A stretch of DNA of 49,828 nt from an uncultured Bacteroidota bacterium (GCA_902533655.1 CACAMX010000003.1:1-49828); one strand, 5' to 3'. Numbered from the stretch's first letter, positions 1 through 7,627 are shown. Program-made: numbers and translations. Notes: a model not told the origin generated them from the letters alone.

Positions 1-141
1 ATCATTTAATATGAAGCTTGCCATTCTATCTTTGACACTCCCTCCAGGGTTCATAAGTTCTGCTTTACCCCACACTGTATATTTACCAATTGATAAGGGT
101 ATTAAAGGTGTTTTACCAACATAGTTTGATAATTTTATCAT
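1..141 (-). CDS. PLP-dependent cysteine synthase family protein (CysK/CysM-like), 5' part only, runs off window
   Basis: Manual translation from ATG at 141: [47 protein letters not shown]. Contains the GxTPL and NPGGSVKDR (PLP lysine) motifs. Not in ORF track. Confidence 0.9.
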   Translation of the reverse strand, partial: MIKLSNYVGKTPLIPLSIGKYTVWGKAELMNPGGSVKDRMASFILND

Positions 142-272
142 GTTATAAATTTTTTATTCATTCTACATTTTTTACTACAATATTTTACATTTAACCAATC
201 TCTTTCCCACTTTTTTCGCCAAGTAAAAGGCCTTTTACATATAATGCAAATCTTAGATTCTTTATTTTTCAT
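138..272 (-). CDS. DUF2256 family small Cys-rich protein (44 aa)
   Basis: Manual translation: [44 protein letters not shown]. Has the CxxC-xRPFxWRKKW-x-W-x-YCSxxC signature. ATGA overlap with the cysteine synthase. Below the ORF-track size cutoff. Confidence 0.9.
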   Translation of the reverse strand: MKNKESKICIICKRPFTWRKKWERDWLNVKYCSKKCRMNKKFIT

Positions 273-891
273 TTTTTATAAACTGTTCATAATTCATATA
301 TGGAACACTTTTTATCTTTTGCGTAGAGTAATAAGTATTTAGACTTCCAACAGAAACAGATTTGCACTTATTATAATCGATCTCAAAATTATCGTCTAAA
401 TAAGCGTCATTGATTATTATTTTTTTTATTTCAGAAATAACGATTCTACAATTATTACTTTTAACAATTATTTCTTCTTTAAACTTCATTAACATTTTTA
501 AAGGGCTGTGCTTTACAAAAGGGACTCCACTCAAATTTTCCATTTCAATGTTGCAATTCTCAAACTCTGATATCTCTTTTGGAAACTTCAAAGATGTTAA
601 GTGAGCTTTGTCAATCATATCCTCATTAATGTGATTTATAGAAAAGAATTTATTTTGAATAATGTTTTCATAAGTATGTCTTTTAGTATTATTTACTGGT
701 CTAAAGTTTAGTGCTAAAAGTGGTGGATTACTGCCCATATGAACTAATGAACTAAATATTGCAAGATTATTAATTTGAGTCTGTCCAGTGGTTCCAACTA
801 AGACAACAGGCTTAACACCAACTACTGAGTTAATTAGATTTAACCTTTTAATTTTTTCTATACTTCTTATATTATCGAACTCAACTTTCAC
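262..891 (-). CDS. Flavin reductase-like (split-barrel FMN-binding) protein
   Basis: [46 protein letters not shown]....SEF. Start taken at GTG 891, overlapping the photolyase stop; the track's extension to 999 lies inside the photolyase. Confidence 0.85.
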   Translation of the reverse strand: MKVEFDNIRSIEKIKRLNLINSVVGVKPVVLVGTTGQTQINNLAIFSSLVHMGSNPPLLALNFRPVNNTKRHTYENIIQNKFFSINHINEDMIDKAHLTSLKFPKEISEFENCNIEMENLSGVPFVKHSPLKMLMKFKEEIIVKSNNCRIVISEIKKIIINDAYLDDNFEIDYNKCKSVSVGSLNTYYSTQKIKSVPYMNYEQFIKNEK

Positions 892-1984
892 TAAATAATT
901 TTTTAATATTTTTTTGGTTGACGTTCCAAAACTTAAAAAATGATGGATAAAGATTATCTTGAGAAAAGTATGATTCTCTTTTGTCCTCAGTTCCAGCATA
1001 TTCCAGATTAGTTGGATGCTCTTTGTAAAATACTCTATTTGGTTTATGCTTAAATATCATCTCTTCAAATGTACCAACAAAGATTTTTAATCCATTAATG
1101 TTTTTTGAGAGATTTATAAAAAATTTTAAAGATTTATTAGATATCGGATATTTTGAAAAAAAATCAGTATCAATTAACAATATCCGATTATAATCTTTTT
1201 CTTGTCTCCAATTTACATCTAGATTATAAAAATTATAAATCACTGTATCTAGATTTTGATTTAAAGAAAATGAATCAGAATTTATGTGGTCTAAGTTTGT
1301 ATTTAATTCAATTTCAGATTTTTCTTTTAATTGGTTTGGCTCTTCAACTTCAGTGATATAATCATAGCTAATGTCTAAAAATGTGTTTCTTTGAGATGTG
1401 CCAAAATATTTATTTATATTCTCTTGATTTGCAAAATATTTTTTAGATCTCGAGGTTCCACTAATCCACTGCCAGTTCTGAGAATTACTACCCCAATCAG
1501 AATCAAACAAATGGTAATACATCCATTTTGATGCATTTAACCAGTGACATCCAGAAATATTACATACTATTGATGAAATGTACATTCTCATATGATTATG
1601 CATATATCCAAATTTGTAAAGATTCTTAATAGCTTGGTCAACAGCATTTATTCCGGTTGAGTGATTGACAATTGCTAAAGGTATTTCATTATAATTATTG
1701 GAAACTTGATTTTTATCAAGATTTATATCCTCTTTTTTTAAAAACCAATTAGTTTGGAAGTATTCTCTCCAAGCTAGCTCCTGAAGAAATTTATAAATTT
1801 GGTTGTATCTTAACCCCTTGTTAGAAAAAAAGTCAATTAAAAAAGAAACTGTTATTAACCCTCTTGATAGATAAGGTGATAACATTGAAACATGCCCATT
1901 ATGAAAATTTCTTGTTTTTGCATAATCATGGATTTCAAATTTTTCAATTTTTTCTAAGACCGAATTATAATTAGTTTCAAACAT
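881..1984 (-). CDS. Short photolyase/cryptochrome with N-terminal FAD-binding domain (NewPHL-like inverted topology)
   Basis: Starts directly with FAD-domain motifs: YAKTRN, SMLSPYLSRG, ELAWREYF, TGINAVD, GYMHNHMRM, HLFDSDWGSNSQNWQW. About 170 aa of C-terminal extension ending YPSFFKFW. ATG at 1984 (TTG at 1990 is an alternative). Confidence 0.85.
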   Translation of the reverse strand: MFETNYNSVLEKIEKFEIHDYAKTRNFHNGHVSMLSPYLSRGLITVSFLIDFFSNKGLRYNQIYKFLQELAWREYFQTNWFLKKEDINLDKNQVSNNYNEIPLAIVNHSTGINAVDQAIKNLYKFGYMHNHMRMYISSIVCNISGCHWLNASKWMYYHLFDSDWGSNSQNWQWISGTSRSKKYFANQENINKYFGTSQRNTFLDISYDYITEVEEPNQLKEKSEIELNTNLDHINSDSFSLNQNLDTVIYNFYNLDVNWRQEKDYNRILLIDTDFFSKYPISNKSLKFFINLSKNINGLKIFVGTFEEMIFKHKPNRVFYKEHPTNLEYAGTEDKRESYFSQDNLYPSFFKFWNVNQKNIKKLFSES

Positions 1985-2759
1985 CAGCAATTCTAAATTT
2001 GTATTTTCCTTTAAACAAGTTAATTATCCTAATTTCATCTCTTGAGGGATATTCAACAGAGTAGCTTTTGATATTACTAACTCCAAACTCTTTCACTTGA
2101 GAATCATTTACTACAGCGTATGATTTGTTTTTTAACGAATCATTAAAAGAAATAACGTAGTTTCTCTTGCCAGTGTAGAAATACTTTTTTATGCAACTAT
2201 TAAATCTATCATTATAAGTCATGATTTTCTCTAAATTAACGCATGCACCTTTACATTTTTTAAGATGGTAATTAAAACAACAGCTATTTGATTTTTCAAT
2301 ACCATTAATAACATCACATAGGTTAAATTCTACTCCAATTCTTTGCAAAAATTTTTTTGCTTTGTGTTTTGAGGTAAATGAAATTGAATTTGAGTTATCA
2401 TTATTTTGTAAGAAATTGAATTGACTATATGAATTTTTGGAGCAACTATAAGATAAATAAATTGGATTCTTTAATTTCCTCAAACGTCTATTATATATGG
2501 GTCTAAACTTTTTTACAAGTTGAGATTCAAACATCAAACTCTCAAATTCAGAATGCATTTTAATATATCCTATTTTTTGAATTTGTAATCTCATATATAT
2601 TCTTCCAGAGGATAAATGTTGCTTAACTCTCTTTTTGACATTTACACTTTTGCCTATGTATAAAATTTCATTGTTATTATTATACAAGAAATAAACACCC
2701 AGAATATTCTCTGGCACATAATTTATCTTATTGATTGAAAAAAACACTTCTTTTTGCAT
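1977..2759 (-). CDS. GIY-YIG endonuclease, UvrC N-terminal/Cho-like
   Basis: GVYFLY...ILYIGKSVNVKKRVKQH, E.QLVKKFRPIYNRRL, and a Cys cluster LC..N.....CCFNYHLKKCKGAC. Only 260 aa, with no RNase H-like or HhH half. Confidence 0.85.
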   Translation of the reverse strand: MQKEVFFSINKINYVPENILGVYFLYNNNNEILYIGKSVNVKKRVKQHLSSGRIYMRLQIQKIGYIKMHSEFESLMFESQLVKKFRPIYNRRLRKLKNPIYLSYSCSKNSYSQFNFLQNNDNSNSISFTSKHKAKKFLQRIGVEFNLCDVINGIEKSNSCCFNYHLKKCKGACVNLEKIMTYNDRFNSCIKKYFYTGKRNYVISFNDSLKNKSYAVVNDSQVKEFGVSNIKSYSVEYPSRDEIRIINLFKGKYKFRIADV

Positions 2760-2782
2760 AGTTTTTTTTGAAGAGAACTATA

Positions 2783-2790
2783 CAAATATA
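2783..2790 (-). promoter_or_regulatory. Bacteroidota sigma70 -7 element (TATATTTG) for the GIY-YIG/photolyase unit
   Basis: Exact TAnnTTTG match 23 nt upstream of the ATG at 2759. Confidence 0.55.
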
Positions 2791-2796
2791 TATAGA

Positions 2797-3696
2797 TTAT
2801 TTGTTATAAAAAAGATTCATTACCACAGCATGTGGTAATGTAATAACAGAAATAATAATCATTGATAAATAAGGAATAGAAATACCAATTAATTGAATGT
2901 AGGAACAATAAAAGATTATGAATGTAAAAAACAAACTTACAAGAGTGTATGGTAATAATAACAAAATGAAGTTTCTATAGTTAAAATTCAAATTTCCCTC
3001 TTTTAAAAACTTAAATTCCTGAAACATTACAGGAATTGAATGAAGCAAAACAAAATAAAGAGTAAAGGAAATAACAAATGGAAAAATAAATGAAATAATA
3101 TTAATTAAAAGCAAGGTAAATATTTCATTAAATAATTCACTGATTGAAAATTTTTTAAAGTACACTAGTGATAATTTGAATATAATAATTACAACAAGTG
3201 ATACATAGTATACATATGAAATTATATTTTCATCAAATATTTTGTCTAAAATAATTGTGTCCTGGTTAAATTGACTTAGTGTCTTAAGCTCTGAAATATT
3301 AAAATAAATTAAAGTAGATATTACGAATATACCATAAACGAAATAGAAAATATTTTTTAAAAAATACAAATCAAAGGATACAAAATGAAATTGAGATTCC
3401 CCAAAATGATAAGCTGAAAGAAGTAGAAAAAAAATAAATGAGATAATAGGAAAATAAAGCCAAAGTAAAACATATAAAAAAATCAATCCAAAATAAAAAG
3501 AATAGAAAAACAATTTACTTGATTTCATCTTACTAACATATAATACATGATCTATAGAGCCATGTGGAATACCAAATAAAGATACTAGAGCAATACAAAA
3601 AACCAATTGATTATCAACTGAAAGATGACCAAAGGATTGGTAAATTAGTGATAAAAAATATACCACTACAATTAATACAAATGTAAACTTATTCAT
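2797..3696 (-). CDS. blh: Beta-carotene 15,15'-dioxygenase (Brp/Blh family)
   Basis: Polytopic membrane protein with the four iron-ligand His motifs GIPHGSIDH, SAYHFGE, LHS and TLPH. Directly downstream of the rhodopsin. Confidence 0.93.
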   Translation of the reverse strand: MNKFTFVLIVVVYFLSLIYQSFGHLSVDNQLVFCIALVSLFGIPHGSIDHVLYVSKMKSSKLFFYSFYFGLIFLYVLLWLYFPIISFIFFLLLSAYHFGESQFHFVSFDLYFLKNIFYFVYGIFVISTLIYFNISELKTLSQFNQDTIILDKIFDENIISYVYYVSLVVIIIFKLSLVYFKKFSISELFNEIFTLLLINIISFIFPFVISFTLYFVLLHSIPVMFQEFKFLKEGNLNFNYRNFILLLLPYTLVSLFFTFIIFYCSYIQLIGISIPYLSMIIISVITLPHAVVMNLFYNK

Positions 3697-3701
3697 TGCC
3701 T

Positions 3702-3734
3702 AAAAAAAAAGCAGGTTATTTCTAACCTGCTTTT
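3702..3734 (-). terminator. Intrinsic terminator after proteorhodopsin
   Basis: Stem AAAAGCAGGTTA / TAACCTGCTTTT with a 4-nt loop; on the minus strand it is followed by a run of 9 T (plus-strand A 3702-3710). Confidence 0.85.
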
Positions 3735-3755
3735 ATATACTGATATTATGGACAA

Positions 3756-4484
3756 TTATTCAGATTTTGAAGTTACTGCAATATTGTATACTACAAGTCC
3801 AAATCCTACTTTATTAATTACATCAGCAATGTTGTACCATAGGTCAACATCCGAAGGATTCATAACTCCACTTAACCATCCACCTGGCATACACATGTAT
3901 CCTATTGGATAGATCGCCCATCCAACTAATACAAACCAAGCTAACGTTCTAACACCTCTCTTAACAACTTCGTCATTACTCTTCTCAGCAAGCTGAGCAA
4001 CTTCTCCATACCAAGCAGTATAAAGAACGTATAAATAACCTAAAGTTGAAATAACACCCCAGGTAACAGAGTGAGAAGTACTTCCACCTTCTGGATTGAA
4101 TGACTCACCAATGTAACCCGCTATTAGCATCCACGTTGATGCAATAATTAGCTTCCACATTAAACTTTTCGTAGCTCCAGCCATTCTTGTTAATAAATAA
4201 AATTCAACACACATTAGAGGTACTGTTAAAATCCAGTCAACATATCTGTAGAATGTTGGGTTTTCACCAAATGCAAGATAGTAATCTCTCATGTAATAAT
4301 AGTGAACAGCAGCAATACCTGTAATAAGAGCTGATACAAGAAGAGACATTCTCCACTTTTTATCAACTGATCTCATTTCTGCAAAGAAAAATACAGTAGC
4401 TGCAAACATGGCCATAAAGCCAATAAAGAACGTAAATGCAACATAATCTGTTGGACTTAGTCTTACTGCGTCTAGTAATAACAT
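3756..4484 (-). CDS. Proteorhodopsin, DTE proton pump, predicted green-absorbing
   Basis: 7 TM helices. Helix C RYVDWILTVPLMCVEF (D-T-E, Met at the tuning position). His in AAVHYYYMR. Retinal Lys in DVINKVGFG. Confidence 0.97.
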   Translation of the reverse strand: MLLLDAVRLSPTDYVAFTFFIGFMAMFAATVFFFAEMRSVDKKWRMSLLVSALITGIAAVHYYYMRDYYLAFGENPTFYRYVDWILTVPLMCVEFYLLTRMAGATKSLMWKLIIASTWMLIAGYIGESFNPEGGSTSHSVTWGVISTLGYLYVLYTAWYGEVAQLAEKSNDEVVKRGVRTLAWFVLVGWAIYPIGYMCMPGGWLSGVMNPSDVDLWYNIADVINKVGFGLVVYNIAVTSKSE

Positions 4485-4509
4485 ATTATAATTTTTTGAT
4501 TAAACGCGG

Positions 4510-4587
4510 CTAATATAATACTTTTGCATAACATATTGTATAATTAATTATACTTTTTGCATAAAAAGTTTATGCAAAACCTATACA
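4510..4587 (-). promoter_or_regulatory. Proteorhodopsin promoter with repeated/palindromic candidate operator
   Basis: -7-like TATATTAG at 4510-4517; perfect 16-bp palindrome GTATAATTAATTATAC at 4538-4553; 11-bp inverted repeat TTTTGCATAAA-aag-TTTATGCAAAA at 4555-4579; five TAT(A/G)CA hexamers across the two strands. Confidence 0.55.
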
Positions 4588-4598
4588 TCTACTTATTT

Positions 4599-5357
4599 TT
4601 AAGAAGATTTTTTTGCAACCAACCAATATTTATTTAAATCATTAAAATCTAAATTCTCAATTTTTTTTGAATCATTTAAAATAATATTTTCCATTTTTTT
4701 AAATCTATTTATAAATTTTTGATTGGTTTTGTTTAAAGCATCATCTGGATTTATTTTTAAGTATCTTGAATAATTGACCAAAGAAAACAGTAAATCTCCA
4801 AACTCTTCTTCGATATTGTTTGTGTCGTTGTTAATTTCAACTTCAAGCTCATTAATTTCCTCTTTAATTTTTGATATTACATCCTTTTCTAGTTTCCAAT
4901 CAAATCCTATTCCACTAACTTTTTCTTGAATCCTGTAACTTTTAATTAATGTTGGAAGTGATTTGGGTACACCCGAGAGAATTGACTTTCCTCCTTCTTT
5001 TAGTTTAATTTTCTCCCAATTAGACTTAACATCATCCTCAGAACTTACACTAATATCACTATATATGTGTGGGTGCCTGTCAACAAGTTTTTTACAAATA
5101 TCTAAAATAACATCATCAAGATTAAACTTATTATTTTCTGAAGCAATTTTACTGTAAAAAACTATATGTAAAAGTAAATCACCAAGTTCTTTTTTAATTT
5201 CATCATAATTTTGTTTTTGTATAGATTCAGATAACTCATAAACTTCCTCAATAGTCAAATGTCTCAAAGATTGAATTGTTTGTTTTTTGTCCCATGGACA
5301 TTTCTCTCTCAATTCATCCATAATCTTGATGAGTTTATTTATTTTATGATCAGACAT
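4599..5357 (-). CDS. mazG: Nucleoside triphosphate pyrophosphohydrolase MazG
   Basis: LREKCPWDKKQT, IEEVYEL, ELGDLLLHIVFY, RHPH and a second-domain EEEFGDLLFS. Confidence 0.95.
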   Translation of the reverse strand: MSDHKINKLIKIMDELREKCPWDKKQTIQSLRHLTIEEVYELSESIQKQNYDEIKKELGDLLLHIVFYSKIASENNKFNLDDVILDICKKLVDRHPHIYSDISVSSEDDVKSNWEKIKLKEGGKSILSGVPKSLPTLIKSYRIQEKVSGIGFDWKLEKDVISKIKEEINELEVEINNDTNNIEEEFGDLLFSLVNYSRYLKINPDDALNKTNQKFINRFKKMENIILNDSKKIENLDFNDLNKYWLVAKKSS

Positions 5358-5367
5358 GTTTTTTGAA

Positions 5368-5395
5368 CAAATTTATCATATTATTTGTACATTTG
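5368..5395. promoter_or_regulatory. Back-to-back -7 elements of divergent mazG / Omp28 promoters
   Basis: TAAATTTG on minus (5368-5375) and TACATTTG on plus (5388-5395). Confidence 0.55.
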
Positions 5396-5413
5396 GTAGA
5401 ATACAATAATGCT

Positions 5414-7438
5414 ATGAAAAAAATATTTACTCTTTCACTAATTTTTGCAACTATTGCATCTAATTCCCAAACATTTGTAAGTACAACTCCAGAAAATAAA
5501 AATGTTGTTTTAGAGGAGTTTACTGGAATTTCCTGTACTTTCTGTCCTGATGGACACAGAATAGCAAATGATATTTACAATAATAATCCAACAGATGTAG
5601 TGTTAATTAATATACATACTGGAAGTTATGCAACTCCGCAAGGTCCAGGAACTGATTTTAACACCATTTTTGGAAGTGCAATTGCTGGTCAATCAAACTT
5701 AAGCGGTTATCCCGCTGGTACAGTAAATAGACGTGTTTTTGCTGCACTTGGTCAGAATGGTGGTACTGCAATGAGTAGGGGTAATTGGCAGTCTGCTTCA
5801 TCTCAAATACTAAATGAACCTTCTTATGTAAATGTTGCTGCTCAGGCCAATCTGGATATAAGCACAAGACAATTATCTGTAACTGTTGAGGCATATTACA
5901 CTGGTTCAAGTCCTGTAAATACAAATAAAATTAATGTAGCTCTGATGCAAAATAATATTGAAGGACCTCAAACTGGAGCATCAAATAACCCCACTGCGAT
6001 ACTTCCAAATGGGAATTATAATCATCAACATATGCTAAGACATATGCTCACTGGACAATGGGGAGATGACATAACAAATACTAGCAGTGGTTCATTCTTC
6101 ACAGATACATACACATACACCATACCTAACGATTTAAACGGAGTAGCATTTGATTTATTTAACCTTGAAGTTGCAGTATTTTTAACTGAAACACAACAAA
6201 ATGTAATCACAGGAAATATGTCGTCTATGAATTTAATTGTTCCACCGGGTATAAATCTTGTTGATTTAGGAGCAAGCTCAAGCATGAATGTACCTTCTTC
6301 TTATTGTGATAATAATCTAACTCCTGAAATAACAGTAACAAATAATACTACTGTTCCTGTTGACACTTTTGAAGTGAGTTATACACTAAACAATAGTGCC
6401 CCTGTAACACAAAATGTTTACAGTTCTTTACAGCCAGGTAACTCAACAACAATAAGCTTTAATTCAATAACTGTCCCCTCTGGAACAAATAATATCTCAT
6501 ATGCAGTTTCTACTGTAGCTAATACGACATACATTGATAATGTTCCTAGCAACAACGTTGCCTCAATTGGTTCATTTAATACCCTATCACCTACTGCTTT
6601 TGCCAACAATCATTCTGAAGGTTTTGAAGGATTTGCTTTAGCAACACCTGCACCAAACAATGCAATTTTAGAAAACCCTCAAGACAATTGGGTGGGTATA
6701 ATTGATGATACCTATACTCAAGGACAACCTGTTGGAGGATATGGTAGTTCAGTTAATTCCTACAGATTTAGACTAAATTCTTTTTCAGCCGGTCAAAGTG
6801 CAAAATTAATTTGGGAAAAAATTGATTTTTCTGACGTTGGAAATTATCAAATAAAGTTTGACTTAGCTCATGCTCTTAAAAATTCATGGGATGGAGATGT
6901 AATTCAAATTCTTGTTTCAACAGATTGTGGTGTCTCTTGGAACACTGTCAATCAAATATCAGGAAGTTCAACTGCGACATATGGTACACTTAGTAGTTCA
7001 GGAAACTTTAATCCACTCACAGTCGGAGGAAATACAAACTATTATCCATCAAACAACACGTCATCGCTACAACACTGGAGAACTGATTCTTTTGACTTGA
7101 GTGCATATAATGGTAATCCTGACGTTATGTTAGCTATAAATGTTATTTGTGGCGGAGGAAACAACTTGTACATAGATAACGTAATTATCGAAGCGATTTC
7201 AAACTCTACAAGTACCAACCTCATAAATAGATCTATAAATTTATATCCAAATCCAACAAATAACTTTATTGTGATTGATGATTTTGACAATACTAAAGGT
7301 TATGAAATTTTTGATAGTATGGGTAAAAAAGTAGCTATAATTGAATCTAGAAAAACTGATATTACTTTACTTGAAAGTGGAACCTATTTTGTGAAATCAA
7401 ATGGAAATCCAATAAAAAGATTTTCAGTTTTTAGGTAA
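5414..7438 (+). CDS. Omp28-related outer-membrane/secreted protein with CARDB-like domain and T9SS type A C-terminal sorting domain
   Basis: Signal peptide MKKIFTLSLIFA. Thioredoxin-like LEEFTGISCTFCPDG, GYPAGTVNR, HQHMLRHML. CARDB-like middle. STDCGxSW / LYIDNV module. CTD LYPNPT...IFDSMGK...SGTYFVK. Start moved to ATG 5414. Confidence 0.85.
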   Translation: MKKIFTLSLIFATIASNSQTFVSTTPENKNVVLEEFTGISCTFCPDGHRIANDIYNNNPTDVVLINIHTGSYATPQGPGTDFNTIFGSAIAGQSNLSGYPAGTVNRRVFAALGQNGGTAMSRGNWQSASSQILNEPSYVNVAAQANLDISTRQLSVTVEAYYTGSSPVNTNKINVALMQNNIEGPQTGASNNPTAILPNGNYNHQHMLRHMLTGQWGDDITNTSSGSFFTDTYTYTIPNDLNGVAFDLFNLEVAVFLTETQQNVITGNMSSMNLIVPPGINLVDLGASSSMNVPSSYCDNNLTPEITVTNNTTVPVDTFEVSYTLNNSAPVTQNVYSSLQPGNSTTISFNSITVPSGTNNISYAVSTVANTTYIDNVPSNNVASIGSFNTLSPTAFANNHSEGFEGFALATPAPNNAILENPQDNWVGIIDDTYTQGQPVGGYGSSVNSYRFRLNSFSAGQSAKLIWEKIDFSDVGNYQIKFDLAHALKNSWDGDVIQILVSTDCGVSWNTVNQISGSSTATYGTLSSSGNFNPLTVGGNTNYYPSNNTSSLQHWRTDSFDLSAYNGNPDVMLAINVICGGGNNLYIDNVIIEAISNSTSTNLINRSINLYPNPTNNFIVIDDFDNTKGYEIFDSMGKKVAIIESRKTDITLLESGTYFVKSNGNPIKRFSVFR

Positions 7439-7627
7439 ATGGAGGTATTTATTATTACTATTGTTCTTCTTCTGATTGCAGTAACTGGTATTTCAGTAAA
7501 AATTCTATTAAAAAAAAATGGGAAATTCAGCGGTACTTGTGCAAGTAATAATCCTATGTTGAATAAAGAAGGTGAAGCATGTGGTTTATGTGGTGCTTTG
7601 CCCGATGAACAATGTAACAATTCTTAG
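7439..7627 (+). CDS. Small single-TM, 4-Cys protein; candidate NqrM-like Na+-NQR maturation factor
   Basis: N-terminal TM helix, then KKNGKFSGTC34, C48xxC51 and C59. Starts immediately after the upstream stop and abuts apbE. Confidence 0.7.
   Translation: MEVFIITIVLLLIAVTGISVKILLKKNGKFSGTCASNNPMLNKEGEACGLCGALPDEQCNNS

Noticed and set aside
892-999. N-terminal extension of the flavin reductase ORF (similarly 5363-5413, 14474-14497, 15767-15889, 37941-37955, 47547-47567)
   Set aside because: These extensions run into upstream genes or promoter boxes; downstream starts give family-typical N-termini.
3756-4484. Possible Na+ (NDQ) or Cl- (NTQ) pumping rhodopsin, given the Na+-NQR neighbourhood
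   Set aside because: Helix C motif is clearly D-T-E with the PR-type His, so it is a proton pump.
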